Positions 10,059 through 20,364 of a stretch of DNA of 64,000 bases are shown here, piece by piece. The notes under the pieces were generated by a model, which was not told the origin of the DNA, made no database searches, and saw only the letters and a list, made by a program, of their open reading frames with translations. How positions within the stretch are numbered: position 1 is the stretch's first letter; the number at the start of each line of letters is the position of its first letter. Both the position numbers and the translations under genes were made by a program. Source of the stretch: a virus; the IMG/VR virus record IMGVR_UViG_3300046522_000297, positions 1 to 64,000 of that record. One strand, given 5' to 3'.

Positions 10059-10409
10059 ATGAAACTCATCGAACAAATCTTCATGTTTTTCCTCAACAGC
10101 ATCAAGGCCTTCTGTGGCGTCAAGAGTGACTACGACCCCACCGTATCGGTACCTCCTGCTCGTGTCGTCGACAAGCAGGGAGTGGTTCCGATGGATCGTA
10201 CGAAGATTCCCTTCACGCTGACGGGCCACGACGAAGAGCTGATTAAGCGTGCTGAAAAGCTCTATCCTGATGACGTGAACCGTCTCAAATGGATTCTGGC
10301 GGTAAAGGAGGTACGCAAGACGCCGACGGGTTGGATCCTCGATCCCGCCCGTGCTAAGAACCCTCGTGCAAAATGGGGAGTCCCAGGCGCCTATGGTATT
10401 CCAGCATAA
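10059..10409 (+). CDS. hypothetical protein
   Basis: RBS AAGGGA; 116 aa. Confidence 0.7.
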   Translation: MKLIEQIFMFFLNSIKAFCGVKSDYDPTVSVPPARVVDKQGVVPMDRTKIPFTLTGHDEELIKRAEKLYPDDVNRLKWILAVKEVRKTPTGWILDPARAKNPRAKWGVPGAYGIPA

Positions 10410-10506
10410 AACTTGCTTTAATTAGTAGGTTGAGCTAAAATTAAAAGATGAAGGGCCAGGTAGTAATATCTGGCCTTTTATTTTTTAACCATATAAGGAG
10501 AATGAT

Positions 10507-11172
10507 ATGATCAGTTCATCGATCAAAAAGCTATTCCGACGATGTTTGTTAACAGTAGTGTGCAGCCTGGCAACTCTCACTGCGAATGCTCAACAAATGC
10601 CCTCGTTCCAAACTTCCCCGGAACGAAGCGTCCAAAATCAGTACGAGGTTCACCACGAATCTCTACCTCAAGTAGAACTCCCTCTGCTTCAAAGCCTTAA
10701 CTTAGAAGTAAGAGATAAGGACTCCGTTTCGGAAACCACCGAAGAGGAATTTCGTCTAGCTGTGTACATCGCAGAAAAGTTCGAGATTACTCTAAGGGCT
10801 GCTCTGGAAATCATCAAACTGGCTACGGAGCATGCCGACGAAGATTTTCCAAAACGTAACGATATCCTGGCACTCATCGCAGTAGAGTCTCGGTACAATG
10901 TCAGGGCCAAGTTTAAGGGATGTTTCGGGTTGATGCAGATTAACCTCAAAGCTCATTCGAAACTTCTTAAACGCCGAAGCCCGTTAAACCCTTCAGTCAA
11001 CATTGAAGTGGGTTCTACCACTCTTCGTGAATATTACGAATCTTTGGGTAAGAACTCTAAGGCAGCAATCCTTAGTTTTAACGCTGGCATCGGTAGTTAC
11101 TTGAAGCGGAGATACAACAAGGAGTACTACACCAAGTACAGAGAGGAACTTAAAAATCTCTCCCGCCTGTAA
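10507..11172 (+). CDS. lytic transglycosylase (SLT domain) with N-terminal signal/anchor
   Basis: LIAVESRYN, FGLMQI, NIEVG, SFNAGIG motifs. Confidence 0.85.
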   Translation: MISSSIKKLFRRCLLTVVCSLATLTANAQQMPSFQTSPERSVQNQYEVHHESLPQVELPLLQSLNLEVRDKDSVSETTEEEFRLAVYIAEKFEITLRAALEIIKLATEHADEDFPKRNDILALIAVESRYNVRAKFKGCFGLMQINLKAHSKLLKRRSPLNPSVNIEVGSTTLREYYESLGKNSKAAILSFNAGIGSYLKRRYNKEYYTKYREELKNLSRL

Positions 11173-11224
11173 AGGCAGGGCCGGTCATGCACCGGCTTTT
11201 TTTAGGTAAATTAAAGAGGTATCT

Positions 11225-11234
11225 TTTGGTATAA
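11225..11234 (+). promoter_or_regulatory. phage promoter motif
   Basis: TTTGGTATAA GAAA AGTA + hairpin GGAACA/TGTTCC. Confidence 0.75.
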
Positions 11235-11295
11235 GAAAAGTATGGAACACAGTTATGATGTTCCTTTACTTATAATCAAAACTAAGGAAACTAAA

Positions 11296-11496
11296 ATGCA
11301 AACCTACACCCAGGGCAACTACTCCAACCACCGTATCAATAAATCGGATGTGGTCATCGCAGTCATTGCTGTAATCCTATTCGCCGTAGTGGCGACGATG
11401 GTAGTTAACCAGTTGACGCTGCCGGGTTCCTGTCTGGAATTCGGTGGCCTGTTCCACAAAGACCTGGGCAGCCTGGCTTGCTCAACTCCCCACTAA
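11296..11496 (+). CDS. small membrane protein
   Basis: RBS AAGGA, one hydrophobic helix. Confidence 0.6.
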   Translation: MQTYTQGNYSNHRINKSDVVIAVIAVILFAVVATMVVNQLTLPGSCLEFGGLFHKDLGSLACSTPH

Positions 11497-11689
11497 TATT
11501 GAAAGGACGGTTCATGGCCGGGGTAATACTTACTGCACTAGGCATTGGAGTAGGGGTTCTGCTCGGCGGAGTCGTTGCCGTCTGCGTAGTGATAGGAATT
11601 ATTAAAGGGATCGCTGAGATAGTTGTAGATCTCTTTACGGATTAACCGAAGGGCCTTGATTTTCAAGGCCTTTTTTATTTAGATAAATC

Positions 11690-12415
11690 ATGGAATCTTC
11701 TACAGAAGAACTCGATCCAGTAATAGTAGAGCTTGTAAGAAGATGTTCGGTGGACTGGGGGGAGGCACCTCATTACACTAAAGAATATCGAGATATACGT
11801 TGGCCAGGTGTGAAGTTTAAAAATGAGGAGGGATCCCCCCGGGAAATATACGATAAAAGGCCAGTATGGTTACAAAGTATTATCGCTGATAAGAAAACTA
11901 AGAACCGGGGTGCCTGGGATAAGGACAGAATCTGGGGATCGCTCGTGGGAGATATTAAGTTCTGCATGCGAGAAAACATACCTATAAAGACTAATAGTTT
12001 CGAGTATCAACCAAGTACTCAATGGTTACTGCTCAAAGGCAAACGATTCTTGAAGTATGATATTCACTCGGGCTTCTTGACTCACTTTTCTTTAGGTGGA
12101 AGGTATGATAAGCTCACCTCATATATGCTTCGGAAGTTTAGTATCCGGGTAAAACTCCATGGCAAAACCGTCATGTGGGATCAAGCATTTCGTCTTGGAC
12201 GTGTGATGCCTGAGCAGTGGGTTCCCATAGATATCTACACGGAGTATGAACTATCTGTACTGTATGAAGCAAGAACTTATGAATTTCTTATAAGAAGGGA
12301 TCGGCAACCTATACGTAATAGACCTGGTGCCGCACCTAGAGCAAGACGTGTACAAGAGACTGCAGCTGTACCCCCTACTCTCATTGATGTAACCCAATTT
12401 ATGAATACCCGTTAA
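11690..12415 (+). CDS. hypothetical protein
   Basis: 241-aa ORF. Confidence 0.65.
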   Translation: MESSTEELDPVIVELVRRCSVDWGEAPHYTKEYRDIRWPGVKFKNEEGSPREIYDKRPVWLQSIIADKKTKNRGAWDKDRIWGSLVGDIKFCMRENIPIKTNSFEYQPSTQWLLLKGKRFLKYDIHSGFLTHFSLGGRYDKLTSYMLRKFSIRVKLHGKTVMWDQAFRLGRVMPEQWVPIDIYTEYELSVLYEARTYEFLIRRDRQPIRNRPGAAPRARRVQETAAVPPTLIDVTQFMNTR

Positions 12416-12417
12416 TC

Positions 12418-12942
12418 ATGATTAAAAATATCGACTTAGAATTTCTTACCCAGTATCAACACACTAACAAGCTTCTGATCAAAGGTATCGAAAGTCACTT
12501 TGATGCCATCACAGCTCACACTGGTGTGATCAACTCTTATCTAACCAGTCTGATGGGTCCATTCATCATCCAGAGTGTCAACCCTAACCTTAAGGTAGAC
12601 CGTGAAGTAGTCATGTCAAAGTTGAGAGTGGTACTTGACCACGTCCTCGCTTTGTGCGAAGCTTGCTCCTATGATCTGCCTGACGCAGATGCCTTTGCAG
12701 AATTCGATGCAGAGGTTCCCCAGAACGTAAAGAAAGACTTGATACTTACGACATCAGACATGATCTGCTGCAATATGGATAATCTCCAGATCGTTCATGT
12801 AGATATGGAAGGTTCGGCCATCTGGTCGGAACAAGAGCCCCCCGAGGACTTCGTATCTAACATTATTTCGTTAATTAATGGTATAAAGAACATAGGCCTC
12901 AAGTATTCCTTCACTGTAGGAGATTTGTTGACCGAAGTCTAA
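12418..12942 (+). CDS. hypothetical protein
   Basis: 174-aa ORF followed by a terminator. Confidence 0.65.
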   Translation: MIKNIDLEFLTQYQHTNKLLIKGIESHFDAITAHTGVINSYLTSLMGPFIIQSVNPNLKVDREVVMSKLRVVLDHVLALCEACSYDLPDADAFAEFDAEVPQNVKKDLILTTSDMICCNMDNLQIVHVDMEGSAIWSEQEPPEDFVSNIISLINGIKNIGLKYSFTVGDLLTEV

Positions 12943-12945
12943 CGT

Positions 12946-12964
12946 AAGGGCGCAAGCCCTTTTT
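12946..12964 (+). terminator. intrinsic terminator
   Basis: AAGGGC GCAA GCCCTT + T tract. Confidence 0.8.
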
Positions 12965-12996
12965 TAATTTGGTGAAACAGCCAGGAAAGGCAGTAA

Positions 12997-14628
12997 ATGT
13001 ATAAAGGTAATTTGATCGATTTCTTCCCAGTGACCGAGTATATCACTGGTCCCCGTTCTAATCAGACGGCGGTTATGAACGAAGTTGATAAGGTGATCAA
13101 AGAGGGTAAGAAGAAGATTATCCTCATCGAAGGCCCGGTTGGCTGCGGTAAAAGTGCAATGGCTATTACTTTAGCCCGAGCCTTCGAACAAGCCCACGTT
13201 ATCACTCCTCGTAAAAGTCTCCAGGACCAGTACTACGAGGATTTCAAAGACCACATCGTCCTCATGAAAGGTCGAGGTGCATATCCCTGCACTATCTCGG
13301 ATTCCAGGGCCAAGTATGTCAAGGTTGTTCGAGATATCAAGGATGGTCGTGTAAACGCTCCTAGAATCGACGAGATGAACTGTGGTAGCGCACCTTGTCG
13401 TAACTCCCCGGATACCTATAATGCCTGTGTGAATGACAAAGGCCCGTGCCCATATACGATCGCAATGGAGACGGCTCAGGACAACGGCATCGTTATCCAT
13501 AATCTTCACTCGTTCATCTTCCAGACCAACTTCGCCAATAAGTTCGAGCAGCGAAAGCTGTTGATCGTTGACGAAGCCCATGAGATTGAGGGTATCGTTC
13601 GAGAGTTCATCAGTAAGAAGATTACCATTAACCGTACGGTCTCTAAGGAAAAACAGCCTGAAGACAACGATGTTGAGAAGTGGTGTGACTTTCTGTTGAC
13701 CCCGGAATTCGTTCCGATGGAAACGATGGCGGATCAGATCAATAAACAGAAGGATAAAAACTACCAAAGCTCCCGAGATCAGTACATTGCTAAGATTCAA
13801 CTCCTCCGTGCACAGCAGGAGTTCTACAAGGATAAGTACATTATCCGTAGCACTTATAATCGTGTAGGCGAGAGAATCATCAGCACGAGCTTTGAGTTTA
13901 TCCCGGAGAAGCTCGGCAATGCTGCGACGGACCTAATCCTGAACAAGGGTGAATACGTTGTGCTTATGAGCGGAACGATTTATGGCAAGGACGTGTTCTG
14001 CAAGAACTTGGGTATCAACCCGGAAGAGGCGCACTATATCCGTATTCCCTCGACGTTTCCTGCAAAGAACCGTCCTATTATCGCTAAGCCAGAATACCAA
14101 GTCGATACCTCGTTTGCAAATTGGAACGAGAACTTCGAAGAGATGCTGGGTAAGATCGGTAAAGTCATGGACATCTTCCACGATGCTAAAGGCCTGATCC
14201 ATGCGCCCTCCTACGAGGCTGCCGAGCAGATCGTCAGCAGGATGGGTGGCCGACTCATGACTCACGGTAAGGGTGACATGCAGGAAAAGCTGCAGATGTT
14301 CTACGACAGCGATGAGCCTTTGGTTTTTGTCAGCCCGGTGTGTCAACAGGGCGTAGACTTTAAAGGTGACCGAGCCCGGTTCCAGATTATTCTCCGAGTC
14401 CCTTACGCTAACACCTCCGATGCCTTCGTAAACCATAAAGTCCAGACGGATTTCCAGTGGTATAATTACCAGGCATTAGTAGTATGGGGTCAGCAGATCG
14501 GTCGGGTTAATCGATCTGAAGATGATTACGGTGCCACGTTCCTGATGGATAGCAGGTTTAACAAGTTCATTCAGCGTAACTCTGGCAAAATCCCTAAGTG
14601 GGTTCAATCAGCTATTATTTGGAAATAA
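12997..14628 (+). CDS. DinG/Rad3-like superfamily 2 helicase
   Basis: GPVGCGKS, IVDEAH, MSGT, QGVDFKGD, QQIGRVNRSEDDYG; Cys cluster compatible with an Fe-S domain. Confidence 0.9.
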   Translation: MYKGNLIDFFPVTEYITGPRSNQTAVMNEVDKVIKEGKKKIILIEGPVGCGKSAMAITLARAFEQAHVITPRKSLQDQYYEDFKDHIVLMKGRGAYPCTISDSRAKYVKVVRDIKDGRVNAPRIDEMNCGSAPCRNSPDTYNACVNDKGPCPYTIAMETAQDNGIVIHNLHSFIFQTNFANKFEQRKLLIVDEAHEIEGIVREFISKKITINRTVSKEKQPEDNDVEKWCDFLLTPEFVPMETMADQINKQKDKNYQSSRDQYIAKIQLLRAQQEFYKDKYIIRSTYNRVGERIISTSFEFIPEKLGNAATDLILNKGEYVVLMSGTIYGKDVFCKNLGINPEEAHYIRIPSTFPAKNRPIIAKPEYQVDTSFANWNENFEEMLGKIGKVMDIFHDAKGLIHAPSYEAAEQIVSRMGGRLMTHGKGDMQEKLQMFYDSDEPLVFVSPVCQQGVDFKGDRARFQIILRVPYANTSDAFVNHKVQTDFQWYNYQALVVWGQQIGRVNRSEDDYGATFLMDSRFNKFIQRNSGKIPKWVQSAIIWK

Positions 14629-14630
14629 AC

Positions 14631-14945
14631 ATGGAAACAATCGTTTACTGGGCATCGATGCCTCTGTCTCTATTTTTCGTGCTCAAAGTCTTTTACACCA
14701 GTGACTTCTGGGGCAAACACATCCGGGTTCTTGATGTACTGCTAGGTTTAACCATTTCGGTACTCCCTATCATCAACACCATCTTCGTCATATTTTTCGT
14801 AATGGATATTGTCTCAGATGGGTTGGAAGCTTTCTTCGATTGGATCATGGATATCGAGAATAGTCGAGTAGCTAAATTCGTAATACGGGTAATCGACTGG
14901 ATAATCGATGCTCTCAACTATGTACTCGTGGAAAACAAGAAATGA
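14631..14945 (+). CDS. membrane protein
   Basis: hydrophobic helices; similar pattern to 15160-15453. Confidence 0.6.
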   Translation: METIVYWASMPLSLFFVLKVFYTSDFWGKHIRVLDVLLGLTISVLPIINTIFVIFFVMDIVSDGLEAFFDWIMDIENSRVAKFVIRVIDWIIDALNYVLVENKK

Positions 14946-15163
14946 GTTTTTTCTATTATCAAGCGGGGCCGCAAGGCCCCGAGCAACCTAAGGAGTCTTC
15001 TGTGAAATTTGAACGAGACGGGTTAACCATCAACGGCAACGATCTTATCAAAGTCGTAGCCGATAACCCTGAGATTAAAGACGGTCGAGTTGATAAAGGG
15101 TTCGGGCCTACTGGACACTGGATCCCTGTCAACTACGACCCTAGAACTGGGGAGATTGTATGA
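14942..15163 (+). CDS. hypothetical protein
   Basis: ATGA coupled. Confidence 0.6.
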   Translation: MSFFYYQAGPQGPEQPKESSVKFERDGLTINGNDLIKVVADNPEIKDGRVDKGFGPTGHWIPVNYDPRTGEIV

Positions 15164-15453
15164 GCAATTTCTGGGTAGTCTACATTGTATCGTTTCTACT
15201 ATCAGCTTTTGTAACCCCTAAGATTTGGGTTTACGAAAAGAACACCTACTGTCCAGTTACATGGAGGGTATTTCTTTCGTGCTCAGGTATTGGGCTGATA
15301 CCCTACGTTAATGTCATAGTAGTCGGTATTGCCCTTACATGTTTTTCCTGGGATCTATTTTTCGATTTTATGGGTAACGGTTGGCTGGATAAACCTATCT
15401 TCGAGAAAAAGAAGAAACATAGCTACGATGAGGACAATATTGGATATTCGTAA
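15160..15453 (+). CDS. membrane protein
   Basis: two hydrophobic helices, WLDKPIF tail. Confidence 0.6.
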   Translation: MSNFWVVYIVSFLLSAFVTPKIWVYEKNTYCPVTWRVFLSCSGIGLIPYVNVIVVGIALTCFSWDLFFDFMGNGWLDKPIFEKKKKHSYDEDNIGYS

Positions 15454-15911
15454 TGGATAAAGAAAAACTCCGGAGAACTATGGACCATGCAAGGTTCATA
15501 GCTGACTATAGTAAAGATAGGAGCACTAAAGTCGGTGCTCTGATTCTAGGTCAAGACTGGGAACCGCTTTCTTGGGGATACAACGGTTTCCCCCGAGGGG
15601 CGAACGATGATAAACCTGAGAGGCACGAACGTCCTCTCAAATACTTATGGTCTGAACATGCGGAACGTAACGCCATCTTTAACGCTGCAAGATCTGGTCA
15701 CGAGCTTCGTGGCGCTTCCATTTTTGTTTATGGGTTGTGCCCTTGTACTGATTGTTCACGGGCTATTATCCAGTCTGGTATCAGCAGGGTGTACCTTGAT
15801 GCGAGTTCCTTTGACCCTGAAAACCCTCGTGTCAAAGCTTGGGAAGAATCCTGGAAAATAAGTAAGGAGATGTTAGATGAATGTGGTGTTGAAACGATCG
15901 TCGTCGAGTAA
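15453..15911 (+). CDS. dCMP deaminase
   Basis: SKDRSTKVGA, GYNGFPRG, HAERNAI, PCTDC zinc motifs. Confidence 0.92.
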   Translation: MDKEKLRRTMDHARFIADYSKDRSTKVGALILGQDWEPLSWGYNGFPRGANDDKPERHERPLKYLWSEHAERNAIFNAARSGHELRGASIFVYGLCPCTDCSRAIIQSGISRVYLDASSFDPENPRVKAWEESWKISKEMLDECGVETIVVE

Positions 15912-16066
15912 GCCTCATATCAGGTTGATTACTAGGAATTACATGAATGGCAAAGGGATGTGGGTGTGTGGTATTAAGGGTACTGTTGGATTTGGTTTGA
16001 CGCCGGGCAGTGCCTTTTTGGATTACCGTGCTATGGAAACTTTGAAATTCAAAAAGACCACCTGAT

Positions 16067-16076
16067 TTTGGTATAA
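16067..16076 (+). promoter_or_regulatory. phage promoter motif
   Basis: TTTGGTATAA GAGA AATA + hairpin TAGATC/GATCTA. Confidence 0.75.
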
Positions 16077-16216
16077 GAGAAATAGATCGATAAGATCTAC
16101 CTTTTCATCGCTAATCAAGCCCGACTTCGGTCGGGTTTTGTATTTCTGCTGCCGGGCTTTTAGCTCAGCGGGAGAAAAGGTTTAACCCTATAACTTGAGT
16201 AAGAACAGGAGTAGTA

Positions 16217-16693
16217 ATGACCCACCCGCACAAAGAACAGATCCGTACTGTGACGCCGAAAGCACAGCAAGAACCGGTAGTAGAAAAGAAGGCCGACACG
16301 AAACCGCGCACTCTGCGTGAACGTCGTAAAGCCAAGCGAGAAGGTATCAAAGTCGCCAAGTCGACTGCATTTCTCCGTCGCCGTAAGGTAGCGGAGCAGG
16401 AACAGCAGAAGGCAGAGGGCATTTACGTTCAGCGTGAACAGAACCCCGAGCTGAGGGTGTTTGAAGATCCGCCCGTCATGAGTCTCAGTCAGTTGATGGA
16501 AGAGATCTCGGACGAAGAAGCGGCTGCAGGACTTACCGCACTCGAAATGCATAACTTCGAGCGTTCACAGAGTCCCGAGGGAGATGAGAATCTCACCCTG
16601 GAATTCTGGGCCAACCAAGGTCTTTCCCAGAACTCATTCAGTAACAGTCTGGGTTACACCCGTCGTTCGACCGTCGACTCGGTCTCCCTGTAA
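16217..16693 (+). CDS. hypothetical protein, basic N-half and acidic C-half
   Basis: RBS AGGAG. Confidence 0.7.
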   Translation: MTHPHKEQIRTVTPKAQQEPVVEKKADTKPRTLRERRKAKREGIKVAKSTAFLRRRKVAEQEQQKAEGIYVQREQNPELRVFEDPPVMSLSQLMEEISDEEAAAGLTALEMHNFERSQSPEGDENLTLEFWANQGLSQNSFSNSLGYTRRSTVDSVSL

Positions 16694-16847
16694 CAAAGTA
16701 TCAACAGGTATTTACAAAATGTTTAAAAGTTCACTGGATATGTGGAATTGGGATTATTGGCCAGGCACCAGCCGCCCGACGACCCCACCCACGTCCAAGT
16801 AAAGTAAACACTACTCTACAGTGAACAATTCGTTGCAGTAAAAGGTC

Positions 16848-17854
16848 TTACAGAGATCCCCCTAGCTGTTGTCTAAGAATATTAAGAGCTTCTTTCTTGC
16901 ATTCACGGAATTGCTCTTTAGAAAGATTTAGCTGCTTTGCTACATTAGTATTGGTCATTTCTTCGCCATCATTAATACCATAGGTAAGTTCGATTATCTC
17001 TCGGTGTGGTGATGGTAGTTTTGAAATGATATTGTGGATTTTATCTCGATCCATCCTGACTTCGACTTCTGTACCAATAGGGTCGATCTCGAAGCTCGGA
17101 TCGTCAGTAATATCATCCAGGTAATACGTCAAGTATTTGGTACTGTATAGTTCTCTGAGATCCTTTTCACGGATTTCAGGGAACTCTTTTTTTAGTTCAT
17201 CGAAAGTAACGTCTTCTTCTTTAGATTCGGTAAACTTCTGAATCCTTGCTATCAATTGCTGTTTCCATATCATTCTGTTACTTGTTGACCTACCTAAGTA
17301 GGCGGTAGCTCATTTCTGGCTACTCTCGACTTTCTTTTGTTATGGTCGAGTTCAGACTATCGCATCACCTATTTCTAGGGCCATCTCACTTAGTCGTTCA
17401 CGGTGCTTTCGCTTCCGCCCTGTCACCCTCTGCAGGGTTTCCAAGTCAATCAGAGTTGGTTTTCTTACACTGTCACCAGGGTAAGCCCCATAAGTTTAGG
17501 GAGGGAAACAATACGCATTTTGCTCATTTCCTTGAGTATACGTTGCTGAATCCACCAACCGCCGTAGCTGAGGAATCTTACGTTCATAGCGGGTTTAAAT
17601 TTCTCCAACCCTACTAGAAGCCCATCGTTACCAGCACAAATGAGTTCCTCGAAAACGTCAGGATCGTTCTTTGAATATTTCTTAGCGGTCTTAAAGACGA
17701 ATCTCAAATTCGCTTTAACTATTCGGTCTTTAATTCTATTTTTCTCTTTTTCTGAGAGAGCGGGATCCCCGAGTTCCATAAAGAGATCGAATTCTTCCTC
17801 CTTAGTTAGGAGGGGTGTTTTACAGATCTCAGCGTAGTACTTGCTTAAGTCCAT
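16848..17854 (-). CDS. sigma-70-family RNA polymerase sigma factor, two exons (17854-17498 and 17270-16848; 259 aa spliced)
   Basis: region 1.2 YYAEICKTPLLTKEEE, region 2 ANLRFV..AKKY, GNDGL..GLEKF...RFLSYGGWWIQQ; exon 2 carries the region 4 HTH (REIIELTYG...VAKQLNLSKE); splicing gives MRIVSLP|IWKQQL in frame. Confidence 0.85.
17271..17497 (-). ncRNA. ORF-less group I intron (227 nt) in the sigma factor gene
   Basis: exon ends in U and pairs in P1 (CCCU|A...UGGGG, U.G pair); P7 elements AACGACUAAG and GAUAGUCUG; terminal G; restores reading frame. Confidence 0.88.
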
Positions 17855-17934
17855 TAGTTTTTAGCCTTTAGTTAATGTCCCTTCCTATTGATAAGGAGAC
17901 ACTCGTAGTGTAAACTTTAAGTTTACAAAAGTCA

Positions 17935-18378
17935 ATGCATAGTATGGAACTGATAAGTAAAAAAGAAGCCTTAAGTAAAGGGTTCAAGAGGTATTTCACA
18001 GGTGTGCCTTGCAAACACGGGCACCTTTCAGAGAGGTTGGTGAGCGATAGGAACTGTATATCCTGCTCCTATATTAAAGCTGCCCTTGCAGAAAAACGAA
18101 ACCCTAACAGAAAGGGTGATAGGCACAGTCCAGATTATTTATCTAAAAAACGTGCCCTTAAGAAAAAATGTATCCCTCCATGGTCAGATTTGATCGTAAT
18201 AAAGGGGATATACGAAGAATGTCGAAGGGTTACCAAAATTTCAGGAATAGAGCATCATGTCGACCATATTGTTCCCTTACAGAACCGCTTAGTTTGTGGG
18301 CTGCATGTTCCTCAAAACCTAAGGATAATAACCGCTGAAGAAAACCATAAGAAAAGTAACAAATTTGAAATAGTTTGA
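17935..18378 (+). CDS. free-standing HNH homing endonuclease
   Basis: YFTGVPCKHGH N-domain; HHVDHIVPL..VCGLH..NLRII.A.EN.KKSN. Confidence 0.85.
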   Translation: MHSMELISKKEALSKGFKRYFTGVPCKHGHLSERLVSDRNCISCSYIKAALAEKRNPNRKGDRHSPDYLSKKRALKKKCIPPWSDLIVIKGIYEECRRVTKISGIEHHVDHIVPLQNRLVCGLHVPQNLRIITAEENHKKSNKFEIV

Positions 18379-18410
18379 TCTTATAAACCCTTAATGATAT
18401 AATAGAACAT

Positions 18411-19055
18411 ATGAAAATTCTAACTTTGACTGGTCCGAGCTGCTCGGGCAAAACGACACTCTTAAACGAGCTTGTCGACAAACACGGTTATCAGAACATA
18501 GTTAGCCATACCACCAGACCGCCTCGCCCAGGTGAAGTGAACGGACGGGATTACCACTTCATCGATAACCAGACTTTCGTAGAAGATGCATACGAAGGCG
18601 AATTCCTGGAAAACGTTATGTTCAACGGGTTCAGATATGGCGTTAGCCGTGAAGAGATTTACAAAGCTAATAAGTCTGGTAAAATTGCTGCACTGATCGT
18701 TGAACCCGGCGGTCTGGTACAGATAATGAAATATGCACAGGATCGGGGCGATGTCGAGATGAAGAAAGTGTTCATAGGGGGTGATACTCATGAACTTATG
18801 ACTCGCTACCTTCAACGTATGCACGGTGAGAATCTTAACGAACGTGGAGTTGCTGAACGTCATGCAAGACGTCTCGATTCCCTGATCATGGAATCTGCTA
18901 CCTGGACCCCGTGCCCGTTCGAATCCAAAAGTGATTACTCGCTGGATTACCTGAAAATGCAACCCAGCTATATCCCGTACGACCTAGTAATACCGGAGTC
19001 AAACGACGAGAATTTCGAAGAAATAGTACAACAAATAAAAGGACTATATAAATGA
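18411..19055 (+). CDS. guanylate kinase-like nucleotide kinase
   Basis: GPSCSGKTT, SHTTRPPRPGEVNGRDYHF. Confidence 0.88.
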   Translation: MKILTLTGPSCSGKTTLLNELVDKHGYQNIVSHTTRPPRPGEVNGRDYHFIDNQTFVEDAYEGEFLENVMFNGFRYGVSREEIYKANKSGKIAALIVEPGGLVQIMKYAQDRGDVEMKKVFIGGDTHELMTRYLQRMHGENLNERGVAERHARRLDSLIMESATWTPCPFESKSDYSLDYLKMQPSYIPYDLVIPESNDENFEEIVQQIKGLYK

Positions 19056-19249
19056 TTAAAGTAGAAGTTGAAACAAACAAAGAGACGGGCGTCTCGACTT
19101 TCGTCTTTGAGACCAACAATCAAGACGATTTGACTAACCTGGATCTCCTGAAGGTAGCATTCCTGGGGACGCACCCTAAGCGTGGCATGTTCCCGGTAAG
19201 TAATAAACTGGTAATCGAAGCAAAAGTACCGGTCGTGGAATTGTCATGA
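19052..19249 (+). CDS. hypothetical protein
   Basis: ATGA coupled, RBS AAGGA. Confidence 0.55.
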   Translation: MIKVEVETNKETGVSTFVFETNNQDDLTNLDLLKVAFLGTHPKRGMFPVSNKLVIEAKVPVVELS

Positions 19250-19260
19250 AATCGAAAATT

Positions 19261-19270
19261 TTTGGTATAA
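19261..19270 (+). promoter_or_regulatory. phage promoter motif
   Basis: TTTGGTATAA CACT AATG. Confidence 0.7.
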
Positions 19271-19491
19271 CACTAATGTAAGGATAGTATATGCTTGAGA
19301 AATCTGGTACAATTGTCCTTACGGATGGGGACCTACATGAGTTTTCTTTAGGTAGAGTCTCTGATAGAGTTAAGTCCAATTGGGGACTTACCTTACAAGA
19401 ACTTAAAGATGTTCTGGAAAGTAAAAACTACGTTCACTCTCCAAATCAGCAATAAGTATTATTACTTCACAACATTATAACTTAGAATAAT

Positions 19492-20364
19492 ATGAATCTC
19501 GAAAAACTGAATACCCTCGCTCAGAACCTGCCGGAAGATGTACGTCAAAATGCTGTCGATCTCGTAACCCGTATGGGTGAAGTCATCGAAGGTATCGGTG
19601 ACCGTCCGGTGACCTGGCGTCCGCAGACCCTGAAGCTGATTCAGGCTATGAGTGATCGTTCGAAACTGCCGAAAGGTACCAACATCGGCGATCTGCTGCT
19701 GGGTGAAGAAAAGATCGAACAACCCCTGGACGTCATCGTTCTGCGTTCGTGGGACGGCCGTCAGTACTGGAGCCCGGACAAAGACGAAGCCAAGATGCTA
19801 TGCTCTTCGCCGGACGCGGTCCTCGGTTACATCGGCCAGGAATGCAAAACCTGCCCGCACAGCAAGTTCACCGACGACGGCAAGCCGCAGTGCAACAAAG
19901 TCAAGTTCTTCATGGTCGTCAAACGTGACCTGAGTGATGTGTTCATGGTCCAATTCGCAAAGACCGGTTTCAAAGCTGGTAACGAATGGCAGCAACTGAT
20001 GAAGAAAGCTGGCGTTGCTCCGTATCGTCGTGTCTACGGTGTCAAGAGCGTTGACAGCAAAGAATACAAAAATGTCGTTAACATCGGCGTTGAAACGTAC
20101 GAAGGTGACAAGCGTGACACTCCGAAGGATTACCTGGAGTTCGTCACTGAACTGTTCACACAAGTTGGTGCAGACCGTAAGGAATCGGTGGACGAGTTCC
20201 ACAAGATCATCCTGTCCCGTAAGCAGGATCCGGCGATGCTGGCAAATGATTCCGGCGCTGATAGCGAAGTCCAATTGCTGGAAGCCCCTGCAGAGACTGT
20301 CGCCGGTGGTGACGAAACTAAGGAGGCTAAAGTCAGCTCCAAAGCTAAGAACTACGTCATCTAA
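19492..20364 (+). CDS. putative single-stranded DNA-binding/recombination protein
   Basis: CSSPD...CKTCP....GKPQC zinc-type motif, acidic C-terminal region, strong codon bias, replication-module context. Confidence 0.45.
   Translation: MNLEKLNTLAQNLPEDVRQNAVDLVTRMGEVIEGIGDRPVTWRPQTLKLIQAMSDRSKLPKGTNIGDLLLGEEKIEQPLDVIVLRSWDGRQYWSPDKDEAKMLCSSPDAVLGYIGQECKTCPHSKFTDDGKPQCNKVKFFMVVKRDLSDVFMVQFAKTGFKAGNEWQQLMKKAGVAPYRRVYGVKSVDSKEYKNVVNIGVETYEGDKRDTPKDYLEFVTELFTQVGADRKESVDEFHKIILSRKQDPAMLANDSGADSEVQLLEAPAETVAGGDETKEAKVSSKAKNYVI

Noticed and set aside
12418-12942. MazG-like pyrophosphatase
   Set aside because: Only a vague helical resemblance; the acidic EExxE/ExxD metal ligands are absent
17342-17617. 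91-aa plus-strand ORF across the sigma intron
   Set aside because: Antisense to the intron core and exon 1; no nuclease motifs
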